From: Enterococcus phage 9183
Sequence record: MT939241.1
Strand: one strand, 5' to 3'
Length of the DNA: 64,000 nt
The first letter of the stretch is position 1; every line of letters begins with the position of its first letter. Of this stretch, positions 1 through 9,364 are shown one piece after another. The position numbers were made by a program, and so were the translations under genes. Below the pieces are notes generated by a model. That model saw nothing but the letters and a program-made list of their open reading frames with translations, did not search any database and was not told where the DNA came from.

Positions 1-1
1 T

Positions 2-30
2 ATATTATTATTTATATTATTATTTATATT
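2..30. repeat. 12-bp AT tandem direct repeat (atattattattt x2.4)
   Basis: positions 2-13 and 14-25 are identical, followed by a partial third copy. Confidence 0.8.
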
Positions 31-58
31 GTATCAGTTTCCGTAGGAAACTGATACA
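30..58. repeat. Perfect palindrome: 13-bp arms tgtatcagtttcc / ggaaactgataca with a 3-nt spacer
   Basis: reverse-complement identity read directly from the sequence. Confidence 0.9.
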
Positions 59-61
59 CGC

Positions 62-84
62 GTTAGTTTCCTACGGAAACTAAC
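62..84. repeat. Perfect palindrome: 10-bp arms gttagtttcc / ggaaactaac with spacer tac; shares the agtttcc/ggaaact core with the neighbouring palindrome
   Basis: reverse-complement identity read directly. Confidence 0.9.
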
Positions 85-112
85 AGCGCTATTATAATAT
101 ATTAGTAACACT

Positions 113-270
113 AGTTACATAGTTGCTTTTACTATAAAGGTGGAGAGTATTATGTTACGATTATAAATAATTAATAAATAGAGTAGTATATGTTACATAG
201 TTCTAGTCCATTACAAATGTGGAGACAAAATTGTTACGTCTGATAGTTTACACAGTCGTATATGATTGAT
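113..270. repeat. Degenerate ~80-bp tandem direct repeat x2 (conserved blocks gttacatagtt, a[at]gtggaga, tgttacg)
   Basis: manual alignment of 113-190 against 193-270; conserved blocks keep their order and spacing. Confidence 0.6.
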
Positions 271-275
271 AAAAT
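247..275 (+). promoter_or_regulatory. Promoter variant (TTTACA, 17 nt spacer, TAAAAT) upstream of the first helicase gene
   Basis: matches the window-wide promoter consensus, with a weaker -10. Confidence 0.45.
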
Positions 276-312
276 AAACAAGTAATAAATAATTAGAAAG
301 AGGTAATTAAAA

Positions 313-1884
313 TTGAATAAAGGAAAAGTAAGATTACATTATATAGGTGGTGAACCCGGCACAGGTAAAAGTACTTATCTATTAAACTTGGCTCGTAAAT
401 TAAACAATGATATCATAACGATAACTCCAACACATGCTTCGGCAAATCGATTACGTAATGAGATAGATCGTTTGATCAAGTCAAAGAATAATTTTAATGA
501 AGTAAATAAATGGATGTCTTTAAAGAAAAAGATAAACGTTCAGCACGGATATAAAGATGAACCTATCGTATTCATTGATGAGTTTGGATATTTAACCGAA
601 ACGATATTCCAATCATTACTCGTTGACATTCATGATAGTCCGCATGCTTATGTAGACGTCTACGTGTTTGGAGATATTAAGCAGCTTCCTGCAATTAGAG
701 GTATATCACCACTTGAAAGACTGTTTCGTTATAATATGCAAGAATGGTCAGTTCCTTTTTATGAAGGAGTATTTACTAAATTATATGGATCATTAGATGA
801 AGGAGATATGGCTGTTCCTGGAAAATGGAAACATTTCATTCAGTCAATCGATTACAAAATATTACATGATAATTATAGATTAATGAATAATGATTATAAA
901 AGCTTCTCTTTTGATTTCATATATGATTTAATAAATAAATCTATCGTTGCTGAAGATTATTCTAATGATATCATTAGACTATTTAAAGATGATTTCATAT
1001 TCTTAACGCCTACGCATGAACGCGGACAAATTATTGATGAAGTAATCTTTAATGCATTAGATAATCCTAATGACATGCCATTCTTACGTATGGGTAAAGA
1101 GGTTTATTTGAATCCAAAGAACAAACGATTTGAAGATTATAAGAATATTTATCCTTCATTAAAGAGTACCTATGATTCTCAAATAAATATGCGAATGCTT
1201 ACTTACTCTGCCTATTTGACTGTTAATTATATGCAAGGTAGTGAATCAAATAATGTGGCATATTTCTTAGGTAATAAAGAGATACCAAAAAGTAGACGTT
1301 CTCATTATAGTATTAATAATTTCTACACAGCTATCACACGAGGTAGGAAACAGTTTCAATTAGTAGGAGATAAGAATATCTTTTATGAAATGTTAGAGAT
1401 TTATCCTGAGGAGCCCCAATCATATTTTCTCCCAAGTATTAAAAGAGATTCATATAAAGCTACAGCAGAAGGAATCATATTGAAAAAGATAGATCCTTAT
1501 AAAGCATATGAGGCCTATGTAGATATCTTTACGAATAAATTAAATGAAACATTTAATGAACGATTCATGTTAGATATGTTTAATGAAGACGAGTATCAAA
1601 AAATGTTTAAAAATTCATTAGGGAAAATAGATAAAGAACAAAGTGTCTACACAATATTGAAAAAAATGATTGCGAATGACGCTGAAGCTATTGTATTAAT
1701 AGAAAAACGTATTAGTGAATTACGTCGAAGACCTAAACGAGGTAAAATTAAAAACTTGGTTGCTTCAATGACTGAAGAGGAGAAGGATGCAGTAAGAAAA
1801 GATTTAGATCCCAAGGTCTTAACTAAGGTTCAATTCCACGAGAAGTATGGATTTCATAAACATAGAATTAAAGATTACTTATAA
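313..1884 (+). CDS. SF1 helicase, RecD/Dda-like
   Basis: Walker A GEPGTGKST; Walker B VFIDEFG; motif III VFGDIKQLPAI; motif VI YTAITRGRK; TTG start with RBS gaaagagg. Confidence 0.7.
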   Translation: MNKGKVRLHYIGGEPGTGKSTYLLNLARKLNNDIITITPTHASANRLRNEIDRLIKSKNNFNEVNKWMSLKKKINVQHGYKDEPIVFIDEFGYLTETIFQSLLVDIHDSPHAYVDVYVFGDIKQLPAIRGISPLERLFRYNMQEWSVPFYEGVFTKLYGSLDEGDMAVPGKWKHFIQSIDYKILHDNYRLMNNDYKSFSFDFIYDLINKSIVAEDYSNDIIRLFKDDFIFLTPTHERGQIIDEVIFNALDNPNDMPFLRMGKEVYLNPKNKRFEDYKNIYPSLKSTYDSQINMRMLTYSAYLTVNYMQGSESNNVAYFLGNKEIPKSRRSHYSINNFYTAITRGRKQFQLVGDKNIFYEMLEIYPEEPQSYFLPSIKRDSYKATAEGIILKKIDPYKAYEAYVDIFTNKLNETFNERFMLDMFNEDEYQKMFKNSLGKIDKEQSVYTILKKMIANDAEAIVLIEKRISELRRRPKRGKIKNLVASMTEEEKDAVRKDLDPKVLTKVQFHEKYGFHKHRIKDYL

Positions 1885-1919
1885 TAATAGTATGAGCCTC
1901 ATATTTTTTCTAATTTATG

Positions 1920-1947
1920 TTTACACATTAAAAGTCATTGATATAAT
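1920..1947 (+). promoter_or_regulatory. Consensus phage promoter: GTTTACA, 16 nt spacer, TGATATAAT
   Basis: -35 at 1920-1925; extended -10 at 1939-1947. Confidence 0.65.
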
Positions 1948-1981
1948 ATAAACATAAATTAATAGGAAAGAGGTAAATGAA

Positions 1982-3919
1982 TTGGAAGTTATGTTCTACT
2001 CACCACGAGAAAGTAAACAATATGCGGCTCACCTATGCTATAAGTTAGGAATTAAGTATACGATAGCAAAAAAGATAGCTGAAAATAGTACGGCAATGCA
2101 ATCATTATTCGATGCTTATCGTACAGGAGACGAAGCTGATTATGATGATGCTTGGAATAATTTGAAAGAGATCGATGGAATTGGCCCTAAACGTTCTACT
2201 CTTTATTTGGAAAAATATTTTGAAGACCCTTATCGTTCGATCAATTGGGAAATGTTCAATATCCTTCAAAAGTATCAACAAGTAACAGGTTGGACAGAAA
2301 ATAGAATGTATGATTTAGCTAGACGAATTGATGATCCTTCTAAAATTTGGTTAGTCTATCTTAACGATGAATCTATTACATTACCAATTGCTATTGAAAT
2401 TTATAAGATGACAACGAAAGATGAGCCTTATCTTCAGTCACAAACGATTCAATACTTTACGCAATACACAGATCTTAAAGCAAGTCAATTCCAACATAAT
2501 AATTTAACTTCACCCAAGTTCTTATTCAACAAAGATTTAAATGAACAATATAAATTATTTATGGAAATTGAAGATGTCGTAATGCTAAGAGAGACTGCGG
2601 AAGATTACGTTGCTATCTTAAAGTTTATGAGAGAAAATAAGAATGAAACTTTAGAACTTAGTCTTAATGATATTGATATTTCAGATTTTGGAGAAGATCA
2701 AGTCGTAGCTTTTGAAAAATTAAAAGATAAACGAGTAATGTTGCTTACAGGTTATGCAGGCACTGGTAAAACTTATATGCTTGATAAATATATATCTGCA
2801 TTGGCAGGACATAGAATTTATGCTTGTGCTTTAGCGGGTAAAGCTGTAAAGAACTTTGTTGATGCAATGTCAGTAGAGAGCATGAGAAAGATTAATCAAT
2901 CGACTATCGCAGGATTGCGTTACGTTCCAACTTATAAAGATTATTTTTCTAAATCGTCAGTCGTTATCGTCGATGAAGCAAGTATGATTTCAATGTCAGA
3001 CTTAGCTTATATTATTCGATTAATGAATGAAGATACGAAATTAATTTTGATCGGAGATATTAATCAATTGCCAGCGATTCAATTGGATGTTCTTAATTGG
3101 CTCGTTAGTGATAATGAATTAGAAAAGGTAACTCTTGATATTCCTAAACGACAAGCTGCAGACTCAGGTATCTTTAAGGATAGTATGTCTATCATTAATA
3201 AAGAGATCCCAGCTTTTGACACTGAAGAAAGTCAAGCTCGTATAGGACAAACATATGTTCAACAGATCATTGCTGAAAATATGGATGCAGATATTTTCTT
3301 GACGACAACGAATCAAGTTAAAGATACGATCAATAACATTAAAGCTGAAGAGGTTCGTCAAATTCCAAATCATGCTGTTTTTCAAAATAAGATTTATAAA
3401 GAGACAGTTGATTTTCATGAAGGCTATCAAATTATGATTGGAAAAAATAATGTTGACACAGGTTTAATGAACGGAGATATTTTCGTTATTAATTACGAAG
3501 GTCATTTAGTAGATCCTTATACTTTAGAAGCTGCAAAAGATTTAGATGGGAAAATCTTAAAGATTGGGGAAAATCGTGATTATCCTGATGCAGGCTTTGG
3601 AGGTAACACAAAAATATTGGATACGACTGCTCATAATGTTCAAATGGCATTTGCTATCACTACCCATAAGAGTCAAGGTAGTACAATGAATAAAGGTGTA
3701 ACTGTTATGGGTCCTGGACCATTAGCAACAAGAAATCTTTTATACACTGCAATCACTCGTTTTAAAGAGAAACATGTTTTATATTTACCTGATCGTGCAT
3801 TGTTGGAACAAATCTTACAAACTGGTGTTCAATATCAAAAATTAAGCAAAGATGAACAAGATATTTTGATCAAGAAAGTTGAACAAGAAAATGAAAAACA
3901 GGAGGAAGAAAATGAATAA
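1982..3919 (+). CDS. RecD2-like ATP-dependent helicase with N-terminal HhH region
   Basis: GYAGTGKT Walker A; VVIVDEASM; LILIGDINQLPAI; THKSQGST; LYTAITRFK. Confidence 0.75.
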   Translation: MEVMFYSPRESKQYAAHLCYKLGIKYTIAKKIAENSTAMQSLFDAYRTGDEADYDDAWNNLKEIDGIGPKRSTLYLEKYFEDPYRSINWEMFNILQKYQQVTGWTENRMYDLARRIDDPSKIWLVYLNDESITLPIAIEIYKMTTKDEPYLQSQTIQYFTQYTDLKASQFQHNNLTSPKFLFNKDLNEQYKLFMEIEDVVMLRETAEDYVAILKFMRENKNETLELSLNDIDISDFGEDQVVAFEKLKDKRVMLLTGYAGTGKTYMLDKYISALAGHRIYACALAGKAVKNFVDAMSVESMRKINQSTIAGLRYVPTYKDYFSKSSVVIVDEASMISMSDLAYIIRLMNEDTKLILIGDINQLPAIQLDVLNWLVSDNELEKVTLDIPKRQAADSGIFKDSMSIINKEIPAFDTEESQARIGQTYVQQIIAENMDADIFLTTTNQVKDTINNIKAEEVRQIPNHAVFQNKIYKETVDFHEGYQIMIGKNNVDTGLMNGDIFVINYEGHLVDPYTLEAAKDLDGKILKIGENRDYPDAGFGGNTKILDTTAHNVQMAFAITTHKSQGSTMNKGVTVMGPGPLATRNLLYTAITRFKEKHVLYLPDRALLEQILQTGVQYQKLSKDEQDILIKKVEQENEKQEEENE

Positions 3920-4460
3920 TTATTTTAGAATTGGAGACGTAGTAAAAATAATTGGACATGCAAATGATGAAAGCTATTATCATGTAGGCGCATTGCTTTA
4001 TAATTATGGTGAAATAATTGAACTTCACAAAAACGACGATTTTGCGAAGTTGAAGATGGAAAATGGAGAAGAAATAGTTTTAAATGTTCGTTGTCTTGAA
4101 AAAATGAATTTTCCAATGGTTGATGATAAACATAAAATTGCTTTTATCATGTATCCTGAAGAAGGAAAGAAAAATGAAGCTGGTGTGGCAATTAGTATGT
4201 CAATTTGCTATAAATTATTCAAAGTGAATAATACTTCACAACTTGATTTTATCGTTTCCAAAATAAAAGATAAATATTTAACAGGATCAAAATTATTATT
4301 TAACGTCTCATTACTTGACTCGGAGAAATCTGAAGACTTATTTTATTATGAAAATGGGTTTAAACCTACAGACGATCAATTGATCAGTTTTCTTGCTGAA
4401 AAAATAAAAGAGGAGCAAAAAGGTGTGGAAGATAAGATACGAAATAGAAGTTTTCATTGA
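3912..4460 (+). CDS. Hypothetical protein
   Basis: ORF with GGAGG RBS 7 nt upstream of the ATG; start chosen inside track ORF 3879..4460. Confidence 0.5.
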   Translation: MNNYFRIGDVVKIIGHANDESYYHVGALLYNYGEIIELHKNDDFAKLKMENGEEIVLNVRCLEKMNFPMVDDKHKIAFIMYPEEGKKNEAGVAISMSICYKLFKVNNTSQLDFIVSKIKDKYLTGSKLLFNVSLLDSEKSEDLFYYENGFKPTDDQLISFLAEKIKEEQKGVEDKIRNRSFH

Positions 4461-4525
4461 GACAATTTTTTGTATGATTGTTTTATTATTTGATGTAATT
4501 GCATATTATATAAAAAAGTTAAAGA

Positions 4526-4553
4526 GATAGGTTTACACTAACCTATCTTTTTT
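4526..4553 (+). terminator. Intrinsic terminator (8-bp stem gataggtt/aacctatc plus T-run) whose loop carries the -35 of the next promoter
   Basis: hairpin and TTTTTT read directly. Confidence 0.6.
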
Positions 4554-4560
4554 ATATAAT
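4532..4560 (+). promoter_or_regulatory. Consensus phage promoter
   Basis: TTTACA at 4532-4537, 17-nt spacer, TATAAT at 4555-4560. Confidence 0.65.
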
Positions 4561-4595
4561 ATAAACATAAAATTAAAGCAAAAGAGGTTAAGAAA

Positions 4596-4925
4596 ATGCA
4601 AATGAATTTATCAGTATACGAAAAACTAATTAAGAAGGACGATGTCGGAAAATACTTCTTAATTGATTCAGATAGATATAAAACTTGGATAAGCGGATGT
4701 TCTAGACTTGATGCTTATCGCATGCTAATCAACACAGGTTTCATTAATGAAAATCGTGCTTGGGTGTTTGGAATTGAAAATTACGTTGAGCTCGTTGATC
4801 GTATTTTAGATGGCAGCTTAGAGATTGGACGATTTCGTTTTTATCGTGTGTCAGAGTCAACTGAGACTCTTGAAGAACAATTAAGAATTGAAAGGAGAAA
4901 ATGTTGGGAGGTTAAAGAGAGATGA
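4596..4925 (+). CDS. Hypothetical protein
   Basis: ORF with RBS aagagg. Confidence 0.5.
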   Translation: MQMNLSVYEKLIKKDDVGKYFLIDSDRYKTWISGCSRLDAYRMLINTGFINENRAWVFGIENYVELVDRILDGSLEIGRFRFYRVSESTETLEEQLRIERRKCWEVKER

Positions 4926-5386
4926 AAACAGTTCGCGTTGGTTCATTAGATATAAATATTTCGGATCATAGCATTCAAAGGTATCGTGAAAGAATTATGT
5001 CTCATAGACACTGGAATGATGACGAACCCAAATCGGAAACAATGAAAAAAATTAGGAGAGAAATTGATCCTAGGAACGTTTTAAAGGTAGTAAATTATGG
5101 AGAGAAATATAAGTTCATTTTTACTAAAAAACATACGGAATTTCGTTTCGAAAGAAGTAATGATAGAACATGTTGGATTCTTGTTACATGTGTTCGTTTC
5201 GTTCGTTTAATGGAGTCTGAGGAACCTATTGATATTAGTCAGATTAAACGAGGTCATATTTATGGCATTCGCACTGCGATTAAAATTCGTGAAAAGAAAA
5301 AGTTAGAATATGAAAAAGGTTTGATCGGCCGAAAAGAAATTGAAGAAACTATCTTTGACGATGAATATAAGGAGGAAGATTTATAA
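4922..5386 (+). CDS. Hypothetical protein
   Basis: ORF; start overlaps the upstream stop (ATGA). Confidence 0.5.
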   Translation: MKTVRVGSLDINISDHSIQRYRERIMSHRHWNDDEPKSETMKKIRREIDPRNVLKVVNYGEKYKFIFTKKHTEFRFERSNDRTCWILVTCVRFVRLMESEEPIDISQIKRGHIYGIRTAIKIREKKKLEYEKGLIGRKEIEETIFDDEYKEEDL

Positions 5387-5790
5387 TGGCGAAAATGACT
5401 GTATGGGTAGGAGAACAAGATTTTTTAATTGGATCAAAAGTTGTTGCGATTAATAGTGATTTTAAAACTTTACAGGCAGGCAAAGAATATGACATAATTG
5501 ATATTGATGAAACAAATAATCAAATAGAACTTGAAGGTTTTGGTTGGATTAATGCAAAATATTTTATGCTTAGTAAAAACGATACTTCTCTTGAAAAAAT
5601 TAATGATGCTCGCGATAAGATGTTTGAATATGAAGATGAATATCTTAAATACTTAGCAAAGGTTGATATTTATCGCAATTTATTAAATGAAGCAAAAGCT
5701 AAAATGGATGATTTGCAAAATAAACATTTAAAAGCAAAAGAAGAATATTATGATATGATTAAAGAGGCTCAGGAGGCAATGATAAAATGA
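5386..5790 (+). CDS. Hypothetical protein (coiled-coil C-terminus)
   Basis: ORF, translationally coupled to its neighbours. Confidence 0.5.
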   Translation: MAKMTVWVGEQDFLIGSKVVAINSDFKTLQAGKEYDIIDIDETNNQIELEGFGWINAKYFMLSKNDTSLEKINDARDKMFEYEDEYLKYLAKVDIYRNLLNEAKAKMDDLQNKHLKAKEEYYDMIKEAQEAMIK

Positions 5791-7073
5791 AATGGTTTGA
5801 TATTTTAGAAGAGGTTGAAAATGCAAAAGGAAAAGAAAAAGTTGAAGTATTGAAAAAATATAGTAATGATTCATTGTTGCCTGATATTTTAAATTTCATT
5901 TATAATCCCCGTATCGTTACAGGAATTAGCAAAAAGAAAATGGGTAAAGAAATTGAAACATATGAAATTAAAATTGATCAAACCAACGAACGTGTATTAG
6001 CAATTATGGAATATTTAATTGAGCACAACACAGGAAAAGATGAAGACATTTCAACAGTAAAATCGCTTATTGAAAGCACAGACGATATGAAAGAACGTCA
6101 ATACTTAGAATCATTGGTAATTAAAGATATGCCAATAGGAATTAGTGCTACTTCAGTTAATAAAGTATGGAAGAAATTAATTCCTGTTTTTAAATTACAA
6201 AAAGGTCAATTATTCGAAGGTGAATTTGAAGGTGTTCAAGCTGTATCTCTTAAACTTGATGGAAATAGCGCAACTGTTTTTAATTTAGAAGATAAATCTT
6301 TTATGCTATCTCGTTCAGGAGCTATTATAGAAGGATTTGATCATATCTTAAAATATTATCGTGAAAATCTTCCAAAAGGCTTCGTTTATCAAGGGGAACT
6401 AATTGCGAAAAATTATCATAAAATGGGTCATGGTGAATTATTCCGTTATTCAAATGGAATCACAAATAGTAAGAAGGATGATGAAAAAGAAAATTTACAA
6501 CACATTATCTTTGATGTAATTGACGAGGTATCTTTTGAAAAAGGAAAATCATATATACCTTATATTGCACGACTTGATCAACTTAAAGATTATAATATTA
6601 AGACTTATGATCCATATGGAGATTCTTTTAATGAAGTTGAAATTGTTCCATTCTATGCATTCACAGATGACATTGATTTAATTATGTCTTTGGCAAAAGA
6701 GACAATCAATAATAATTTAGAAGGACTAATGATTTGTAAGGCAAGCTCAATTTATAAAAAAGGTAAACAAAAATGGCTGCAAAAAATCAAAGAATTTCAG
6801 ACATTAGATCTTGAAGTAATTGATCTAAAAGAACATGTTCGTGGTGGGAAAGTTGGATCATTGGTAGTAAATTATCATGGAGGAGAAGTCAATGTCGGAG
6901 GTATAAAAGATGAAGATCGTATCAAATGGTGGAACGAACCAAACACTATCATTGGAAAGATTGTTGAAGTTAAATTTTTCAGAGAGACAACTGACAAATT
7001 TGGAAACAAATCTCTTCGCTTCCCAACATTCGTTAGAGTCAGAGACGACAAATTTGAGGAGAGCTATGAATGA
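5787..7073 (+). CDS. ATP-dependent DNA (or RNA) ligase
   Basis: adenylation motif I SLKLDGNSA (KxDG); motif IV-like EGLMICK; motif V-like KWLQKIK. Confidence 0.65.
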   Translation: MKWFDILEEVENAKGKEKVEVLKKYSNDSLLPDILNFIYNPRIVTGISKKKMGKEIETYEIKIDQTNERVLAIMEYLIEHNTGKDEDISTVKSLIESTDDMKERQYLESLVIKDMPIGISATSVNKVWKKLIPVFKLQKGQLFEGEFEGVQAVSLKLDGNSATVFNLEDKSFMLSRSGAIIEGFDHILKYYRENLPKGFVYQGELIAKNYHKMGHGELFRYSNGITNSKKDDEKENLQHIIFDVIDEVSFEKGKSYIPYIARLDQLKDYNIKTYDPYGDSFNEVEIVPFYAFTDDIDLIMSLAKETINNNLEGLMICKASSIYKKGKQKWLQKIKEFQTLDLEVIDLKEHVRGGKVGSLVVNYHGGEVNVGGIKDEDRIKWWNEPNTIIGKIVEVKFFRETTDKFGNKSLRFPTFVRVRDDKFEESYE

Positions 7074-7258
7074 AAAATAAAAATGTTTACATTGTCGATG
7101 TAATGAATAAAGGATATAAATGGGAAAAATGGTGTGTCGTAACTTCTTATGGCACTGCCATTATGGTAAGAGATCATTTAAGGTCTCGTAACATTTATAA
7201 AGACGTTCGTATAGAAACTTTAGAGTTAGACAACACCCATTTAAAAATTAATGAATAA
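7070..7258 (+). CDS. Small hypothetical protein
   Basis: ORF coupled to the ligase stop. Confidence 0.4.
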   Translation: MKNKNVYIVDVMNKGYKWEKWCVVTSYGTAIMVRDHLRSRNIYKDVRIETLELDNTHLKINE

Positions 7259-7353
7259 CATAATATGTTTTTAACTCTCTTAAATGAGACCTTATGCAAC
7301 ATTCTTTGATGAAATAGAACAAAATATTCGTATAGAAAGAGAAGGTAAACTGT

Positions 7354-7545
7354 ATGAAAAATTTTAGTGCAGCCATGAAACGCGAATTTAATTATTTGAT
7401 GAAGAATAGCAAACTTAGTGATTGGGCAAATAATAATTTTACTCCTTGGCAAATTGAAAAATTATATGAGGCTCGTGAAGCAAAAATTGATGGAGAAAAG
7501 ACAGCAAGTGGAATGGAGGCTATTATTAAACATGGAAGAAAGTGA
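7354..7545 (+). CDS. Small hypothetical protein
   Basis: ORF with RBS gagaagg. Confidence 0.4.
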   Translation: MKNFSAAMKREFNYLMKNSKLSDWANNNFTPWQIEKLYEAREAKIDGEKTASGMEAIIKHGRK

Positions 7546-7747
7546 AATTGAATTAAAATATGGAGATCGTTTTTATATAAGCGAAGGCGAAGAAAATCTA
7601 ACAATTGAAATCACCGATGAAAGTGGTATTTACATTAGTAAAGGATATGTCACAGTTGAACAAGCAGAAGAAATGGTTAAAGCCTTACAAGAAAAAATTG
7701 ACCTATTAAAGAAAGGAAGACGAAAAGTTGGAAAAAGACGTAAGTAG
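7532..7747 (+). CDS. Small hypothetical protein
   Basis: ATG start chosen inside track ORF 7418..7747 to avoid a long overlap with 7354..7545. Confidence 0.35.
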   Translation: MEESEIELKYGDRFYISEGEENLTIEITDESGIYISKGYVTVEQAEEMVKALQEKIDLLKKGRRKVGKRRK

Positions 7748-7919
7748 ATTTAAGATTTTTTATCCTAATAATGAATGGGTTGCTGTAATGGCGACAAATG
7801 ACGAAATTTTTGATGCTTTTCAGAAAAAGGATGCAGTAATGCAATTTAAGAACGCTTTAAACGAAAATGTCTTTGTTGACTTCAGTAAAGTTCTTTTTAT
7901 CATTAATACGACCCGATAA
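7728..7919 (+). CDS. Small hypothetical protein
   Basis: ORF with TTG start and RBS aaggaag. Confidence 0.35.
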   Translation: MEKDVSRFKIFYPNNEWVAVMATNDEIFDAFQKKDAVMQFKNALNENVFVDFSKVLFIINTTR

Positions 7920-7993
7920 GGCCTCTAAATGAATCCTATCTAAAAGTAAGATATTTACAACGAATAAAATTCAGATTTTATTCTATAAATAAT

Positions 7994-8035
7994 GCATAAT
8001 ATGTAGATGAATCTATTTACATATTATGCTTTTTA
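7994..8035 (+). terminator. Intrinsic terminator (12-bp stem gcataatatgta/tacatattatgc plus TTTTT) embedding the -35 of the next promoter
   Basis: perfect inverted repeat followed by a T-run. Confidence 0.65.
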
Positions 8036-8044
8036 ATTTATAAT
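8016..8044 (+). promoter_or_regulatory. Consensus-like promoter (TTTACA, 17 nt spacer, TATAAT)
   Basis: read directly. Confidence 0.55.
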
Positions 8045-8087
8045 AAACCATATAATCAAACAACTAATAAAGAAAGAGGTTTATAAC

Positions 8088-8294
8088 ATGACAACATTAC
8101 AATCAAACAACGAATATTTCTTTCCACCAATTAAAAATCCTTTTAATACGGAGGAGGAATTTAGAGAGGAGAAAAGAAAAACTCAAGAGATATTTGATTC
8201 TCTAGATATTGAAGATAGCCTTCAATCAATTCAAAGCGATTATTACGGAGAAAAACTTACGTGGTTAGAACAATTAGAATATGAATATATTTAA
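8088..8294 (+). CDS. Small acidic hypothetical protein
   Basis: ORF with RBS aagagg. Confidence 0.5.
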   Translation: MTTLQSNNEYFFPPIKNPFNTEEEFREEKRKTQEIFDSLDIEDSLQSIQSDYYGEKLTWLEQLEYEYI

Positions 8295-8301
8295 ATTAAA
8301 A

Positions 8302-8335
8302 AATATCTATTACGAAAGTGATAGATATTTTTTTA
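8302..8335 (+). terminator. Intrinsic terminator (aatatctat/atagatatt stem plus T-run)
   Basis: read directly. Confidence 0.6.
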
Positions 8336-8374
8336 CAAACTTCTTCATTTATTTCACAAAATATAGAATAAAAT

Positions 8375-8403
8375 TGTTTACATATTGTGCTTTATTAGTT
8401 ATA
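8375..8403 (+). promoter_or_regulatory. Consensus phage promoter
   Basis: TTTACA, 17-nt spacer, TATAAT. Confidence 0.6.
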
Positions 8404-8445
8404 ATTAATATATAATAAATAAACAAATGAAAGAAGGAATTTAAA

Positions 8446-8703
8446 ATGACAAAAGAAAAAGAACTAATGAACGAATTGATTAAATTGGTAAAGGACAATG
8501 GTTTTTATCTTAGTGAAAAAGAAATTAATGAAGCTAAAAAATACGATGTAGAACTTTTTATTTGCCAAACACCTGAAAATGATGGAGGATGGACAAAAGA
8601 TGTTTCAGAAGTATTTTCACTTGAAGATTGTGAAAAATTTCATTCATTATGTAAAGAATTAAATATTTTAACCCCTTGGGTAGTTATTGTTGATGAATTA
8701 TAA
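8446..8703 (+). CDS. Small hypothetical protein
   Basis: ORF with RBS aaggaa. Confidence 0.5.
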   Translation: MTKEKELMNELIKLVKDNGFYLSEKEINEAKKYDVELFICQTPENDGGWTKDVSEVFSLEDCEKFHSLCKELNILTPWVVIVDEL

Positions 8704-8713
8704 AAATTATAAA

Positions 8714-8742
8714 ATAGGGATTTAATCCCTATTTTTTTTTTT
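8714..8742 (+). terminator. Intrinsic terminator (atagggat/atccctat stem plus T11)
   Basis: read directly. Confidence 0.7.
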
Positions 8743-8761
8743 GCTTATTTTACATAAAAAG

Positions 8762-8789
8762 TTTACATATTTTTATATGATGATATAAT
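8762..8789 (+). promoter_or_regulatory. Consensus phage promoter; near-identical copy at 40784..40811
   Basis: gtttacatatttttatatgatgatataat. Confidence 0.65.
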
Positions 8790-8824
8790 ATAAAGGAATT
8801 ATATAAAAGAAAGAGGTATTAGAA

Positions 8825-9364
8825 TTGAATATTGCTGTTTTTATGGGCTCAAGATTTGGAGATAAAGCTATCTATAAAAGAGTGGCTAAGGAGACAGGAC
8901 GTCTTATTGCTGAAAGTGGTAACACTCTCGTTTATGGTGGATCTGTTTCAGGTTTAATGGGCTCAGTCGCTAAAAGTACGAAAAAACATGGAGGAAAAGT
9001 TTTAGGCATTTATCCTAAAGATCATTTTGAAGATGAACTCCCATTATATGACGTTGATGAATTTATTGAGGTTGAAAACATGGATGAAAGAAAACGACTT
9101 TTGATTGATAAAGCCGATACTTATATCATTCTTCCTGGAGGCACAGGAACATTAGAGGAGTTCGCACAATTAGTATGTGAAATGGTAATAGGTCTTACAA
9201 CTTGGAAGACAATTTACATTATGAACACTGATGGATATTACGATGGATTAATTACGCAATTAGTAAGATTCATTGATGATGGCTTTTCTGATTTTGATCA
9301 CCTTAGTGATAACATTTTTGTCGCTGAAGATATTGAAGAAATCTTCAATGACTTGAAAAAATAA
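8825..9364 (+). CDS. LOG-family protein (nucleotide 5'-monophosphate N-glycosidase / 'lysine decarboxylase-like' fold)
   Basis: LOG signature ILPGGTGTLEEF; N-terminus matches the family pattern (VFMGS). Confidence 0.65.
   Translation: MNIAVFMGSRFGDKAIYKRVAKETGRLIAESGNTLVYGGSVSGLMGSVAKSTKKHGGKVLGIYPKDHFEDELPLYDVDEFIEVENMDERKRLLIDKADTYIILPGGTGTLEEFAQLVCEMVIGLTTWKTIYIMNTDGYYDGLITQLVRFIDDGFSDFDHLSDNIFVAEDIEEIFNDLKK

Noticed and set aside
3164-3430. Minus-strand 88-aa ORF inside the helicase gene. Many similar antisense or embedded ORFs occur elsewhere (3925..4116, 7195..7452, 7392..7604, 10465..10647, 11398..11673, 12525..12770, 13191..13400, 14737..14982, 15593..15841, 15627..15821, 17659..17877, 18428..18613, 19520..19729, 20977..21165, 21342..21524, 21923..22150, 22331..22522, 23459..23677, 25325..25507, 25742..25942, 26860..27066, 26894..27085, 27262..27450, 28404..28604, 29970..30158, 31844..32026, 31938..32138, 32457..32681, 33569..33754, 34352..34645, 34846..35136, 36899..37105, 37148..37489, 38039..38272, 38530..38715, 39234..39431, 42144..42407, 42477..42668, 43425..43622, 43709..43921, 43984..44169, 45115..45351, 46483..46665, 46842..47247, 49180..49422, 50422..50694, 51180..51488, 52651..52869, 53378..53563, 54247..54525, 55407..55604, 56540..56932, 58070..58288, 60832..61023, 61059..61274, 61211..61453, 62222..62452, 63365..63559)
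   Set aside because: They are fully embedded in or antisense to long, well-supported genes. They have low-complexity AT-codon translations and no RBS. Such ORFs are expected by chance in AT-rich DNA.
7354-7747. Two overlapping small ORFs in different frames (7354..7545 and 7418..7747).
   Set aside because: They cannot be resolved from the sequence alone. The overlap of the second was trimmed to start at the ATG at 7532, with low confidence.
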